Below the pieces are notes generated by a model, which worked only from the letters and a program-made list of their open reading frames with translations, had not been told where the DNA came from and ran no database searches. This document shows positions 9,933 to 20,105 of a stretch of 47,849 bases of DNA, in pieces. The number at the start of each line of letters is the position of its first letter. Position 1 is the stretch's first letter. This stretch comes from a bacterium (GTDB taxonomy: Bacteria > Oederibacteriota > PGYV01 > Palsa-1178). The translations under genes were made by a program, and so were the position numbers. The stretch lies in NCBI GenBank assembly GCA_037138355.1, contig JBAXIL010000010.1, positions 1 through 47,849 on the forward strand. The letters are read 5' to 3'.

Positions 9933-12338
9933 ATGCTGATTAGTTATACTTGGCTCAAAAAATACATCAATTTAACTTTGTCTCCCCTTGAACTTGTTAA
10001 TATGTTAAATATTGCAGGACTACCAGTAGAAGAAATCATAGAAAAACAATCTCCTTTCACAAATGTCTATGTAGCTAAAATAATAGCAATAGAAAAACAT
10101 CCTCAAGCAGACAATTTAAACCTTTGCGATGTAACTGACGGAACAGAGACCTTCAAAATAGTCTGTGGAGCAAAAAATGTCACAGTTGGACAAATAATCG
10201 CCTTAGCCAAAATAGGAGCTGTCCTTCCTGGTGATTTTAAAATCAAAAAAGCCAAAATTCGAGGAATTGAGTCAAGTGGCATGATTTGTTCTACAACCGA
10301 ACTTGGACTTTCAGTGGAACCAGATGGCATAATGGTACTTGATGCATCAAAATACAAAATTGGGGAAGCTTTTGAACCTATAAAACCAGATACTATTTTA
10401 AATCTTGAAATAACACCAAACAGACCAGACCTTTTATCACTCACAGGAGTAGCCAGATTCATAGCCTCAAGAACTGGACTTCAGCTAAACTACCCTTCTT
10501 GCAACATCCCATCCAAACTAATTAACCCAGAACTTTTAATAAGTTCAAAAGTTCAAATTGAAAATTTAGAACCTATTAAATGTCCGCGTTATTGCGCTCG
10601 TCTAATTGAAGGTGTCAAAATAGCTCAATCTCCACAATGGTTAAAAGATGCGCTTTCATCCGTCAATATACGACCAATAAATAATGTTGTAGATATTACA
10701 AATTATGTACTTTTTGAGTTAAACCACCCTTTACATGCTTTTGATTTGAAAAAACTTAGTAATAATAAAATAATTATCAGAACCGCAAAAGCCCACGAAA
10801 AGATACTTACTTTAGACGGAAAAGAGTACCATCCAAACGCAGAAGACCTTATCATTGCAGATTCCGCAAACCCTATTGCCTTAGCAGGTATAATGGGTGG
10901 CGAAAACTACTCTGTAGACAACACAACCACTTCAATAGTTCTTGAATCTGCATGCTTTCAACCAAAAACAGTAAGAATAAGTTCAAGACATCTCGGAGTA
11001 TCTTCTGATTCTTCTTATAGATTTGAAAGAGGAATAGACATAGATAATGTAGCCAATGCGCTTAATCATGCCGTGGAACTCATTGTATTAACTGCCGGAG
11101 GCATTGCCTCAGCAGATTTCATAGACATATATCCGTCACACCTTGCCCCAAAAACTATAAAGGTGAGGTTTAACAGAGTAAATCAAATACTTGGAACAAA
11201 CTTTACAGCAGCAGATATAGAAGCTAAAATTAATAAATTGTTTTTTCCAATAAAGACCAGCGCTGCTGATTCCATAATAGTTGAAATTCCTCATTACAGA
11301 GTAGATATAACAGAAGAAATAGATATTATAGAAGACATAGCCCAAATAAGCGGCTACGATAATATACCTTCAACACTACCTATAGCTTCTATCACTTTAG
11401 GTCGTGATACCTCTGAATCAGTTTTCAAAAGACAACTGGCAACTGTTATGACAGGCTTTGGATTTTCAGAAGTTATTAATTACAGTTTTTTAAATAACAA
11501 ATTGTTGAAATCATTAAATGCACAGTCCTATTTACCAGCTAATTCTGTTGCACTTAAAAACGCCTATAATGATGAAGAAACTCATATGAAAACATCCTTG
11601 CTTCCTGATCTTATTAAAAATCTAATTACAAACTTTAACAATGAAAATGCCAATATACATTTATTCGAAACTGCAAATGTGTTTTTTCAAAAAGGTTCAG
11701 ATTATTTACAATTACCGCGTTTGGCAGCTATAACCTACGGAATGATAATTGACAAGGCCTTTAATAACAAAGAGTTTCAGTCTGATTTTTATTATATCAA
11801 ATCAGTTATCCGCGGTATAAGTTCTACTCTTGGGCTTAACAAAGATATACAGTTTAAAATGTCAGGCTCAAATGAGTTTTATGAATACTTTGCGGAAGTA
11901 TTGATTGGGAATCGCATAGTTGGAACCGTAGGACAATTAAAGGAAGAAATATTATACAATCACAAGCTCAAAGAAAAAGCTCATATGTTTGAATTAGATA
12001 TTGAAGCCTTAGGTTCTCTAAATGACGCGAGCACTAAGTATTCCATTGTTTCACGCTTCCCTGTTGTCAAAAGAGATATTTCTGTTGTTGTCTCTGATAC
12101 TATAGAACAAGAAAAATTAGAGACTATAATCAATTCCGACTACAAATCTCTTATTAAATCTATACGGTTATTTGATCTTTACAAAGGTAATCAAATTCCA
12201 AATGGTTGTAAGTCTTTAAGTTACAATATAATATTTCAATCAGATAAAAAAACTCTTTCAGAAGTTGAAATTAACAAAGCCATGGAACGCATTACGAGCC
12301 GGTTAAAATCCGAACTTAATGCCGAATTGAGGTCATAA
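9933..12338 (+). CDS. pheT: Phenylalanine--tRNA ligase beta subunit
   Basis: MLISYTWL start, IVCGAKNV, S.GMICS..ELG, ITPNRPD, RPINNVVDITNY, SYRFERG, C-terminal FDX-ACB (SRFPVVKRDIS). Confidence 0.97.
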   Translation: MLISYTWLKKYINLTLSPLELVNMLNIAGLPVEEIIEKQSPFTNVYVAKIIAIEKHPQADNLNLCDVTDGTETFKIVCGAKNVTVGQIIALAKIGAVLPGDFKIKKAKIRGIESSGMICSTTELGLSVEPDGIMVLDASKYKIGEAFEPIKPDTILNLEITPNRPDLLSLTGVARFIASRTGLQLNYPSCNIPSKLINPELLISSKVQIENLEPIKCPRYCARLIEGVKIAQSPQWLKDALSSVNIRPINNVVDITNYVLFELNHPLHAFDLKKLSNNKIIIRTAKAHEKILTLDGKEYHPNAEDLIIADSANPIALAGIMGGENYSVDNTTTSIVLESACFQPKTVRISSRHLGVSSDSSYRFERGIDIDNVANALNHAVELIVLTAGGIASADFIDIYPSHLAPKTIKVRFNRVNQILGTNFTAADIEAKINKLFFPIKTSAADSIIVEIPHYRVDITEEIDIIEDIAQISGYDNIPSTLPIASITLGRDTSESVFKRQLATVMTGFGFSEVINYSFLNNKLLKSLNAQSYLPANSVALKNAYNDEETHMKTSLLPDLIKNLITNFNNENANIHLFETANVFFQKGSDYLQLPRLAAITYGMIIDKAFNNKEFQSDFYYIKSVIRGISSTLGLNKDIQFKMSGSNEFYEYFAEVLIGNRIVGTVGQLKEEILYNHKLKEKAHMFELDIEALGSLNDASTKYSIVSRFPVVKRDISVVVSDTIEQEKLETIINSDYKSLIKSIRLFDLYKGNQIPNGCKSLSYNIIFQSDKKTLSEVEINKAMERITSRLKSELNAELRS

Positions 12339-12341
12339 AAT

Positions 12342-12641
12342 ATGCCATTAATTGCACTTGATATACTTGATAACAAAATCAAAGAGCTTTTGGTAATTAT
12401 CAAACATTTAAATAATGAAAATACCTCATTAAAAGCACGCTTGAATGAAACAAGACCTTCAGCCTCAGTGCCAATAACTGATAGCTCCTTTATTGAAGTT
12501 AAGCCAGAACTTTTATATGAACTTGAAAACCTTAAGAAAACTGTTATTAAGTTTAAAAATGATAGAAATGTCCTCTACACCAAACTTGCAGGAGTCCTAA
12601 GACAAGTCGATGGACTTTTAAAGAAGGAAGAAAATGGATAA
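12342..12641 (+). CDS. Coiled-coil protein, ZapB-like
   Basis: Heptad pattern (LDNKIKELL..LNNENTSLKARL); conserved pheT-X-zapA position. Confidence 0.6.
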   Translation: MPLIALDILDNKIKELLVIIKHLNNENTSLKARLNETRPSASVPITDSSFIEVKPELLYELENLKKTVIKFKNDRNVLYTKLAGVLRQVDGLLKKEENG

Positions 12642-13041
12642 ATCAGTAATTACAGTTAACATATTTGGCAATGAATACACAATTAAAGGTGTGGCAAAAC
12701 CAGACTATATTATTTCTTTGGCAAATTATCTTAATAATAAAATGACTGAAGTACAAGAAGCTACTGGATTAAAAGATGCCAAAAAGATAGCCATACTGGC
12801 AGCCATAAACATTGCTGATGAATTATTTGAAGCAAATAAAACAATGAAAGAATCATTTGTACCCAATGATCAGCTTGCTGCCATAAGAAACAAAGTTGAA
12901 GGGCTTATAGCTTCAATAGATAAGGATTTGCCTACAGAGTTAACAACTAAAACCCAAAAAGATAAAGAATCCTTCACTTCAATTGCCGAAAGCCCAGTTG
13001 ACCAAACTCAAAAACCAAATCAAGATTCAAAACCAGAATAA
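12634..13041 (+). CDS. zapA: Cell division protein ZapA
   Basis: VNIFGNEYTI..LANYLNNKM..AILAAINIADELF. Confidence 0.92.
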   Translation: MDKSVITVNIFGNEYTIKGVAKPDYIISLANYLNNKMTEVQEATGLKDAKKIAILAAINIADELFEANKTMKESFVPNDQLAAIRNKVEGLIASIDKDLPTELTTKTQKDKESFTSIAESPVDQTQKPNQDSKPE

Positions 13042-13051
13042 TTTCAATTTG

Positions 13052-14230
13052 TTAAAAATCTCCATTTTTAGTTAATTTTAAAAAATACGCATCATAATTA
13101 TCAGCATCCGAGGAAAGAGTCCAACCTGCAATAGCATAGCCACCATCTTTTGCGTTTAATATTCCACCAAGATAATCATCTTTTTTACCACCAAAATGTC
13201 TACTCCATAAACTATTACCCAAAGCATCAACTGACATTACCAATAAATCAGTACTACCGTAACTAAATGATTCGCTTGTTGCCCCTATAACATAACCACC
13301 ATCATCACTATTAATAATTGTAACTCCCTGGTCCATTCCTAAACCACCATATGTTTTTGACCACACACAATCACCTTCAGCATCTGTCTTAATCAAATAT
13401 AAATCTTGATTTCCATGTCCAAATGAAACGGTACTACCGATAATCGCATATCCTTTATCCTTTGTTAATATTACTTTATTTCCAACATCATCTAATTTAC
13501 CACCATATGTTTTCACCCAAAGAGTATTTCCTCCACTGTCTATTTTCAATAATAATAAATCCTGCTTTCCATTTCCTAAAGTGTTCGTTGAACCACAAAC
13601 AATATAGCCCCTATCTGCGGCATTGATTACAGAAGCTCCCATACTGAATTTATTATTACCAAATGTTCGAGTCCAAACACAATCGCCATCCGCATCAGTT
13701 TTAACTACATAAAGCCTCGTATTAGGTTTAGTCCCAAATGAATCAGTTAGACCTGCAATGACATAACCACCCTCAGAAGCAAGCGCAATTGAATATGCTT
13801 CATCCCTGTTCTTTCCACCAAAAGTTTTCGAAAACTTCAAATTACCTTTATAATCAGTATTAATCAAATAAAAATCATTTAAACCTAAACCATACGAGTT
13901 TGTATATCCGCACATTGCATAGCCATTTCCATTATTCAATATATCAAATAATCTATCATCATCTTTTCCACCAAAAGTATTTTCCCATTTTTTTTCGCCT
14001 TTTTCATTGAGACTTAAAATATATGCATCTACATATCCAATACCTGAAGAGGTTGTCATTCCTGCAAGTAAATAGCCATTCGGCGCAAGACATATAGACC
14101 TAACACTGTCATACTTTAATCCCCCAAATACTTTTGGCTTTATTGATTTAGGTACGGTCATAATCTTAAAAGTTAAAATAATAAGAATTGTTATCAAGAA
14201 GGAACTAATGGCAGCAACAAATTTGTTCAC
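13052..14230 (-). CDS. Membrane-anchored or secreted repeat beta-propeller protein
   Basis: N-terminal hydrophobic helix; about 7 repeats of W-x-KT(F/Y)GG..D....I....GY.I.G.T.S.G....D.Y..K.D..G. Confidence 0.8.
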   Translation of the reverse strand: MNKFVAAISSFLITILIILTFKIMTVPKSIKPKVFGGLKYDSVRSICLAPNGYLLAGMTTSSGIGYVDAYILSLNEKGEKKWENTFGGKDDDRLFDILNNGNGYAMCGYTNSYGLGLNDFYLINTDYKGNLKFSKTFGGKNRDEAYSIALASEGGYVIAGLTDSFGTKPNTRLYVVKTDADGDCVWTRTFGNNKFSMGASVINAADRGYIVCGSTNTLGNGKQDLLLLKIDSGGNTLWVKTYGGKLDDVGNKVILTKDKGYAIIGSTVSFGHGNQDLYLIKTDAEGDCVWSKTYGGLGMDQGVTIINSDDGGYVIGATSESFSYGSTDLLVMSVDALGNSLWSRHFGGKKDDYLGGILNAKDGGYAIAGWTLSSDADNYDAYFLKLTKNGDF

Positions 14231-14255
14231 AAGAACTCCTTTATAAACTATATGA

Positions 14256-14567
14256 TTAAAGTATCTTACCTATTTTATTGTTTGATTTGTAAACATAAAC
14301 TAAAACCTCAGCAATTAATTTATATAAATCAGTTGGTATTTCCTGTCCTAAATCTAATTTTGATAAGACCTCAATCAAATCAGGATCGTGGTGAATTGGG
14401 ATATTATTATCTTTTGCTATCTGTAAAATTCTTTCTGCTATAGTTCCCTTACCTTTAGCAACAATCACAGGTGCTGAATCCTTATTTTTATCATAACTAA
14501 TAGCCAGCGCGGATTGCCTTTTTGGTTGATTCTGTATTATTGGTTTATTGTCATCCATATTAGCCAT
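14256..14567 (-). CDS. Stand-alone FlhB C-terminal-domain protein (YlqH/HP1575-like)
   Basis: ALAISYD...APVIVAKGKGTIAERILQIA..IP..DPDL...L....EIP..LY..IAEVL matches the FlhB post-NPTH fragment. Confidence 0.9.
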   Translation of the reverse strand: MANMDDNKPIIQNQPKRQSALAISYDKNKDSAPVIVAKGKGTIAERILQIAKDNNIPIHHDPDLIEVLSKLDLGQEIPTDLYKLIAEVLVYVYKSNNKIGKIL

Positions 14568-14570
14568 CTC

Positions 14571-16127
14571 TCATGCCTGCAAATTGATTCTACCGAGATT
14601 TACATATCCCTCGGAAAGTGTTGGGGCATTTACAGGAATATCTTTTTGAACTCTTATATCAAAACTTTTCATATTAAAATCAACGGCAGAAATAGATTTT
14701 AAAAAACCAGCTTTTTCTCTCATTAAAATTTGTTTTGCTTTTTCATTATCAGTTGTCACTATACACTCTGCATTTTTTTTGTGAACAGTCATCGAAATCT
14801 TAACATTACCCATGTTTGATGTATTAAGTACAAAGACAAAATTAATTGGTAAAGCTTTTTCATAGTTCTCTTTAAGTGAACCTTTTCTAAACCACACCTG
14901 CAATTCCCCATTAAAATATTTATTATTTAGCAATATTGGTATTTGAGTGTACAAAGCATCATACGCCACTGGTTTTTGATTTATGAATTGAATAGCGTTA
15001 ATATTAGTGAGTAAATCAAGAGCTTTTTCCTTCACATTGTCTATTTCCGACTTTTGTTGAGGATTTACCTTTGTCGTATCTAATGCTTCAATCTGATTCA
15101 CGAGTTTTAAAATCTGAGCTTTAAGTGTTTCCTTAGAAGCGGCCAACACAGTTGACTGATTCAAAGTTCCTAAAGCCACTTCTTTTATTTTATTCTCTGT
15201 ATTTAAACCAGATTTATCAATAAAGTTAACAAACTGATCTTGAAGTATTTGCATAGTTAGGTTTTTTTCAGTCGGATTAATGGAAATACCCAACATTGAT
15301 TCTTTAATATTAATAATTTCATTATTAATGTTATTTAGTAATGCATTAACAAGTCTATCTGGAGAAGCAATATTCTTAACCAAGTTTAACCTATCAAAAG
15401 ATATATTTAATGCTTCCATATTTTGATTTAATTTCATGTCATTTTTAAAATATTTTGCCATTGTATCAGTAAATATATCGTTACTTAAGGGCAAGTTTCT
15501 TGACATTAAAAAAGTAAGAGATGAGATAGCCGATTCAGCATCAAAAGTAATTGGACTTTGTTTAGCTGAAACCTGATTTTGTAACAGATTTGCTGTTTCT
15601 TGATTTGCTTGCGGTGTTTGTCCGAGTATTGACCTTGAATCTAATCCTTTATTTTCCATATATTTTCCAAGTGAGGCTGTAACAATAAGTATATTATCTG
15701 CTGTTATTGGCAAGTGATAATCCATTAGTTTTTGTGCTATAAATATATTTTGTTCATTTACTGGGACTTTAATTGCATTTAACATAGTTATTATCTGTTG
15801 TATTGTAACTGGTTGCGTTTCCGGTAACTGTGCCCCCTGTCCGAGCTCAACCGCACCAGAAACAAGTTTCATAAAAACTTTATCATTTAAATTTGAAACC
15901 TGCACATTAATTATATCACCAATACTAAAATTTGCTCCAGTAGGTAAATCAGATATAATGTTGAATCCGCGGAAATTAATAATTGCCTTATTTTCCCCTT
16001 GTATTAGTTCAATGACCTTGCCTCTTAAAGTATCACCTGTTTTTATAGTATCAATAAAATCTTGTATTCCTTTATTTTTCGATATTACCAGTTCTAAGGG
16101 ATTTCCATTAACACCATTTATTACCAT
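14571..16127 (-). CDS. FliK-like (YlqG-like) protein with a C-terminal T3S4/Flg_hook-type domain
   Basis: YTQIPI..GELQV..F.LNTSNMGNVKI C-terminal domain; sits next to the FlhB-C gene as in ylqG-ylqH pairs. Confidence 0.65.
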   Translation of the reverse strand: MVINGVNGNPLELVISKNKGIQDFIDTIKTGDTLRGKVIELIQGENKAIINFRGFNIISDLPTGANFSIGDIINVQVSNLNDKVFMKLVSGAVELGQGAQLPETQPVTIQQIITMLNAIKVPVNEQNIFIAQKLMDYHLPITADNILIVTASLGKYMENKGLDSRSILGQTPQANQETANLLQNQVSAKQSPITFDAESAISSLTFLMSRNLPLSNDIFTDTMAKYFKNDMKLNQNMEALNISFDRLNLVKNIASPDRLVNALLNNINNEIINIKESMLGISINPTEKNLTMQILQDQFVNFIDKSGLNTENKIKEVALGTLNQSTVLAASKETLKAQILKLVNQIEALDTTKVNPQQKSEIDNVKEKALDLLTNINAIQFINQKPVAYDALYTQIPILLNNKYFNGELQVWFRKGSLKENYEKALPINFVFVLNTSNMGNVKISMTVHKKNAECIVTTDNEKAKQILMREKAGFLKSISAVDFNMKSFDIRVQKDIPVNAPTLSEGYVNLGRINLQA

Positions 16128-16227
16128 TAATATGCCTCGTTTTCATTATTGTCTGACTTGACATATGAGAAATACTAATATTTTGCGCAATAAACTCTGA
16201 AAAATATTGTATGAATTGAAATAATTA

Positions 16228-16818
16228 TTAATATCTTTTAATATTTCTCACTAATTCAATTTCACCTCTTGTAAAACCTGTAACTTTAGCAATTTCCTCT
16301 ACTGAAAGTCCATTTTTAATCAAGCTACTTATATGCTGATATTTATCTTTAACGGGTTTTTGTACATCAGGTAGTGCAGCTAATTCAGAGGTTTCTTCCA
16401 TTCCTGTTATATAAAGCTTTTGTTTATCTTGTGAATCATTTAATTGATGAGTATTTTCAAAAGGTAATTCAGGTGATTTTTCAGTTACAGGTTCAGTCAT
16501 AGCATCTTTGTACTCTGCATGTCTTTTTAACTTATTTCTTTCCATAAGATATTTTATTTCACTAATTCTGACATCCGCCGACTTGATAATGAGTTCTACA
16601 TCGGCTTTTTTCTCTTCCATATCAGTAATGCTTGTTTTGGTAACTCTGTTTAGCTCTTCAATCAAGGCCTTCAGGTTCTGCTGGAACTCAATCAAATCCA
16701 TATCTTCAAGGTCAGAAAACAGTTTTTCACTGCGACTGACTTCTTTGTTATTTTTATAAAATAAATATCCTGCCAAACCTAAAAGTATCAAATTTAATAT
16801 TATCAATAATATTTCCAT
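16228..16818 (-). CDS. SwrB/DUF2802/DUF6115-like membrane protein (TM, coiled coil, C-terminal HTH)
   Basis: N-terminal TM; C-terminus GLSVEEIAKVTGFTRGEIELV; lies downstream of fliA. Confidence 0.65.
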   Translation of the reverse strand: MEILLIILNLILLGLAGYLFYKNNKEVSRSEKLFSDLEDMDLIEFQQNLKALIEELNRVTKTSITDMEEKKADVELIIKSADVRISEIKYLMERNKLKRHAEYKDAMTEPVTEKSPELPFENTHQLNDSQDKQKLYITGMEETSELAALPDVQKPVKDKYQHISSLIKNGLSVEEIAKVTGFTRGEIELVRNIKRY

Positions 16819-16828
16819 GTTTTATCCT

Positions 16829-17152
16829 TTATGCTTTAATATCTATATTGTTCCCTGAGGGATTTAAAGCCGAAGAGTTTAAATCTTGTTTTTTATCAAC
16901 AACTTCACTTTTTTGATCTTTGTTTTTTTCATTCCTTTTCATATTACGACCCCGTCGATCTTTCTCTTTTATTAATCTCGCCGCTGTTTCATGTTCTGTG
17001 CGCTGAGTTTGTGTAAGACTTAAACGGGCTTGATTTTCAAGTTGCATAGCATTTTGTGATTGAGCAACTTGACCTTGCTGCTGATTTACATTTTGAATAC
17101 GATCGGCAATATTAGTAGAGCTCAAAACTACCTGAACATCATGCAAGCCCAT
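16829..17152 (-). CDS. Small flagellar-cluster hypothetical protein (Gln-rich)
   Basis: 107 aa, AGGAG SD, ends PSGNNIDIKA; directly after fapA. Confidence 0.65.
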   Translation of the reverse strand: MGLHDVQVVLSSTNIADRIQNVNQQQGQVAQSQNAMQLENQARLSLTQTQRTEHETAARLIKEKDRRGRNMKRNEKNKDQKSEVVDKKQDLNSSALNPSGNNIDIKA

Positions 17153-17185
17153 ATTAAGCCGTCTCCTAAATTGAAATAATTATGG

Positions 17186-18835
17186 CTATCCAGAAAAAGG
17201 AAGTATCTGGATTTCGCCGTTTTTGTCTACGAATGTACAATATTTCAACTCATCCGTTATAGTTCTTTGTACTTTATTTATTATTATCTTGACGCCAGTA
17301 TATACTATACCTAAACAGTTTACTTTTCCTCTTTTAGAAGTTTGCATTTCTTTCGCTTTTGTATCAAGTTTGCTCTTAATTTCTTCCCACTTTTTTTGAT
17401 CCGTCATTAGCTTAAACTGCGTTCTGGTTAATTTTGCCATTAAATCACGCTTATCATCAGGTAACTGTCCACCACTTTTAGAGCTTAAATCCTTAAGAAA
17501 TAATATACCTTTTTTTGTTTTGTCAAAATGTTCTTTTATATTATTAAGTTCAGTAACTGCTTTACTCATCTCTTCTCTCATTTTAGGTGTCTCACCTATG
17601 GATATTTCTGTAGGGGTTGCCATTTTAGCGCCTATTTCTTTCGCAGATACTTCATGTGCTGCAGCTATCGTGCCGCCTACTAAAAGCCCTTTTGCACCCA
17701 TAACAAGTATCTTATCACCAGATATTAAAGTTGAATGCATTGCTGCTTCGTTTACTATAATTGATTTTTCAGTTTCTATATTTGAGTTTCTTATATATTT
17801 TGCACTAACCTCACCACCAGCAACTATTTTAGATTTAACAATACCACCTTTAACTGTAACCTTACCATTGCATATAATCGTTGCAGAATCGCAAACATCA
17901 TCTATCATAACATCTTCACCTGCTTTGATAGTAAACTCTCCAACACTACCGTGTACTATAACGGTTCCAACAAAATCAACATTTCCTATTTTAATATTAA
18001 GATCTCCATGTATTTCATAAATTTCAAGAACTTCAAGCTTATTATTTTTATAAACTACTTGTCCATCATTAGTAGCCACATACAAATCAGGGTTTCCAAC
18101 AGCAGGTTCTACGCCTTTTCCAAAAATAAATTTAATTTCATTTCCTTGCTGTGCTTTTAATTCCTTACCAGTCACAGTCATACCATCTATTCCGATAGTA
18201 TGTGGATTTTTTTTGGCTAAGGCTTCGCCTTTTTTTACATTTTGAATTGATTTGACATTTCTATAATTCATGGCCGCTTCTACATCCTTTGGCGCGCCTT
18301 CATCTTTATCTTCGGTGCTAAACAATAGTTCGAGTTTGGAATCATCACCATTGACCATGTGTGTTCCTTCAGCAACGATATCTTCGATTGTTTCTAAAAG
18401 TATAGTCGGATCATTTTTTGCTTCTTTTGCTTTTCTTACCAGCTCTGCAATAATATTTGGTTTAATACCAAATACGATGCCATTAGTTGTAAGAACATTA
18501 TTTACATCATCAATCTCAATTTCCTTGCCGCCACCTTGTGGAGGTACTACTGTAAACAAAACAGACATTTCATCTGGATCCATTTTTAAAAATACTTGCC
18601 CATCTTTTCTGTTTATAATTTCATGTAGAATTAATACCTGCTTACCTGATGACTCTCTGACTGATCTTTCCACTGCATCCCAATCAATATCCTTACCTTT
18701 ATAAATATCTTTAGCAAGTTCTGCTTTAACTATAGCCGATGAAACACGAATTCCTTTTCCTTTAGGCGGAAATACAGTTAAGTATATTCCTTCATCTTCT
18801 ATGCTTATCGTTGGATATCCATCCATATCAACCAT
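17186..18835 (-). CDS. FapA/DUF342 family flagellar assembly protein
   Basis: PP.GG, GIVFGI, G.DG.TVTG, GNVDFVGTVIVHG beta-helix, LVGG..A, GVKIII. Start moved to ATG 18835 (AGGTGA SD), just past the fliA stop. Confidence 0.88.
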   Translation of the reverse strand: MVDMDGYPTISIEDEGIYLTVFPPKGKGIRVSSAIVKAELAKDIYKGKDIDWDAVERSVRESSGKQVLILHEIINRKDGQVFLKMDPDEMSVLFTVVPPQGGGKEIEIDDVNNVLTTNGIVFGIKPNIIAELVRKAKEAKNDPTILLETIEDIVAEGTHMVNGDDSKLELLFSTEDKDEGAPKDVEAAMNYRNVKSIQNVKKGEALAKKNPHTIGIDGMTVTGKELKAQQGNEIKFIFGKGVEPAVGNPDLYVATNDGQVVYKNNKLEVLEIYEIHGDLNIKIGNVDFVGTVIVHGSVGEFTIKAGEDVMIDDVCDSATIICNGKVTVKGGIVKSKIVAGGEVSAKYIRNSNIETEKSIIVNEAAMHSTLISGDKILVMGAKGLLVGGTIAAAHEVSAKEIGAKMATPTEISIGETPKMREEMSKAVTELNNIKEHFDKTKKGILFLKDLSSKSGGQLPDDKRDLMAKLTRTQFKLMTDQKKWEEIKSKLDTKAKEMQTSKRGKVNCLGIVYTGVKIIINKVQRTITDELKYCTFVDKNGEIQILPFSG

Positions 18836-18839
18836 AATA

Positions 18840-19622
18840 TCACCTGCCCTTTTCGAGTTTTTTAAACCCACTTCTCAACTGCAGTATCAACTTCGTATGT
18901 ATCTGGCACGCTCTTGACTCTGAAATATTTAAAGCCAAACCTATTTCTTTGAGCGTTAATCCATCCCAGTAATACATTTCAAGTAATATTCTTTCTTTTC
19001 TTTCAAGCTTTTCTATTATTAATGCAAGTTGAGAAGAAGCTTCCTTTGATTCAAGTTCAAACATAGAACTTCCAGTTTCGCCAATAATATCATCAAAATA
19101 TAGTATATCACCTTTATTATTGACGCTTTCGCTGTCTATGGATGTCAAAGAAACTCCCTTAATTTTAAATAATATATCATAAAACTCATCATTTGTCATC
19201 ATTAAATCTTTCATAAGTTCTTCTTCTGTAGCAGGTCTGCCATATAGTGATTCAAGCGTAATCATTGAGTTTTCAACCTTTTTAACTAAAGCCCGAACAT
19301 TTTTTGGCAATAAATCTTCTTTACGCAATGAATCAAGTATAGCTCCGCGTATTCTTTTAGTAGCAAAAGTCTCAAATTTCACATTTAATTCAGGATTGAA
19401 CCTTTCAAGAGCATCTAAAAGACCAATTACTCCTTCAACATATATATCTTCTTTATCATTAAATCGAATATAATCAGGTAACTGAAAAGTAATTCGGTCA
19501 GATAAGTATTTTACAAGTGGTAAATAATTCAATACAAGTTCTTCTCTGGCTTTTTCATTCTTTGTTTCCCTATATTTTTTCCATATTAAGTCAATATGTA
19601 CATTGTCCATAGCTGCTGTCAT
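18840..19622 (-). CDS. fliA: Flagellar sigma factor FliA/SigD (sigma28)
   Basis: REELV..YLPLVKY, GLLDALERF, KFETFA..RIRGAILD.LR, LTLKEIG..L.ISESR.CQIH. Confidence 0.93.
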   Translation of the reverse strand: MTAAMDNVHIDLIWKKYRETKNEKAREELVLNYLPLVKYLSDRITFQLPDYIRFNDKEDIYVEGVIGLLDALERFNPELNVKFETFATKRIRGAILDSLRKEDLLPKNVRALVKKVENSMITLESLYGRPATEEELMKDLMMTNDEFYDILFKIKGVSLTSIDSESVNNKGDILYFDDIIGETGSSMFELESKEASSQLALIIEKLERKERILLEMYYWDGLTLKEIGLALNISESRACQIHTKLILQLRSGFKKLEKGR

Positions 19623-19999
19623 TTTTTGTATAAATCTTCATATAAATTATCATCACTGCTAACAATATCAAGCTTTTTACCCTTTATAGGTTTCTCTTTT
19701 ATCATTGACTTAGGTTCTACTAAATCTTTAGCTACTTTATTACCAATCTTCTCTTTATCAAAGTTTAATGTTTCAAAAGTTTCATTTTCTTTAGTATCAG
19801 TTTTTTTTGTTCCAGAAAAGACAAGAAGCATTGCATAATAAGTTGCAAAAAATACAATTACTCCCGTAACTACGGCTGATAATACAATAACAACTATATC
19901 GTCTTTTTTTACATTGATAAGTCCACCAAGAAAAAATCCAAGCACTCCCGCGAGCATAGCAATCTCAACTTCCATATGTTCGCTTATTTTTTTTGCCAT
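19619..19999 (-). CDS. Two-TM hypothetical membrane protein coupled to fliA
   Basis: Two hydrophobic helices and a charged tail; ATGA overlap with fliA. Confidence 0.7.
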   Translation of the reverse strand: MAKKISEHMEVEIAMLAGVLGFFLGGLINVKKDDIVVIVLSAVVTGVIVFFATYYAMLLVFSGTKKTDTKENETFETLNFDKEKIGNKVAKDLVEPKSMIKEKPIKGKKLDIVSSDDNLYEDLYKK

Positions 20000-20105
20000 A
20001 GTATTTTGTTATCCTCAATTATTTTTTATATTACACATACTTCCTGTCTTGCGCTTCAAAACACTTTATAATTTTCTGTATATTTATTCATATACACACA
20101 ACTTA

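Noticed and set aside
13041..13052. 6S RNA (ssrS), often found after zapA
   Set aside because: Only 10 nt separate zapA from the convergent gene, so there is no room.
13052..14230. Repeats as a CRISPR array or DNA tandem repeat
   Set aside because: They are degenerate protein-level propeller blades. No CRISPR array, tRNA, rRNA or mobile element was seen in the window.
18836..18871. N-terminal extension of FapA in the ORF track
   Set aside because: It overlaps fliA; the ATG at 18835 has an SD and fits better.
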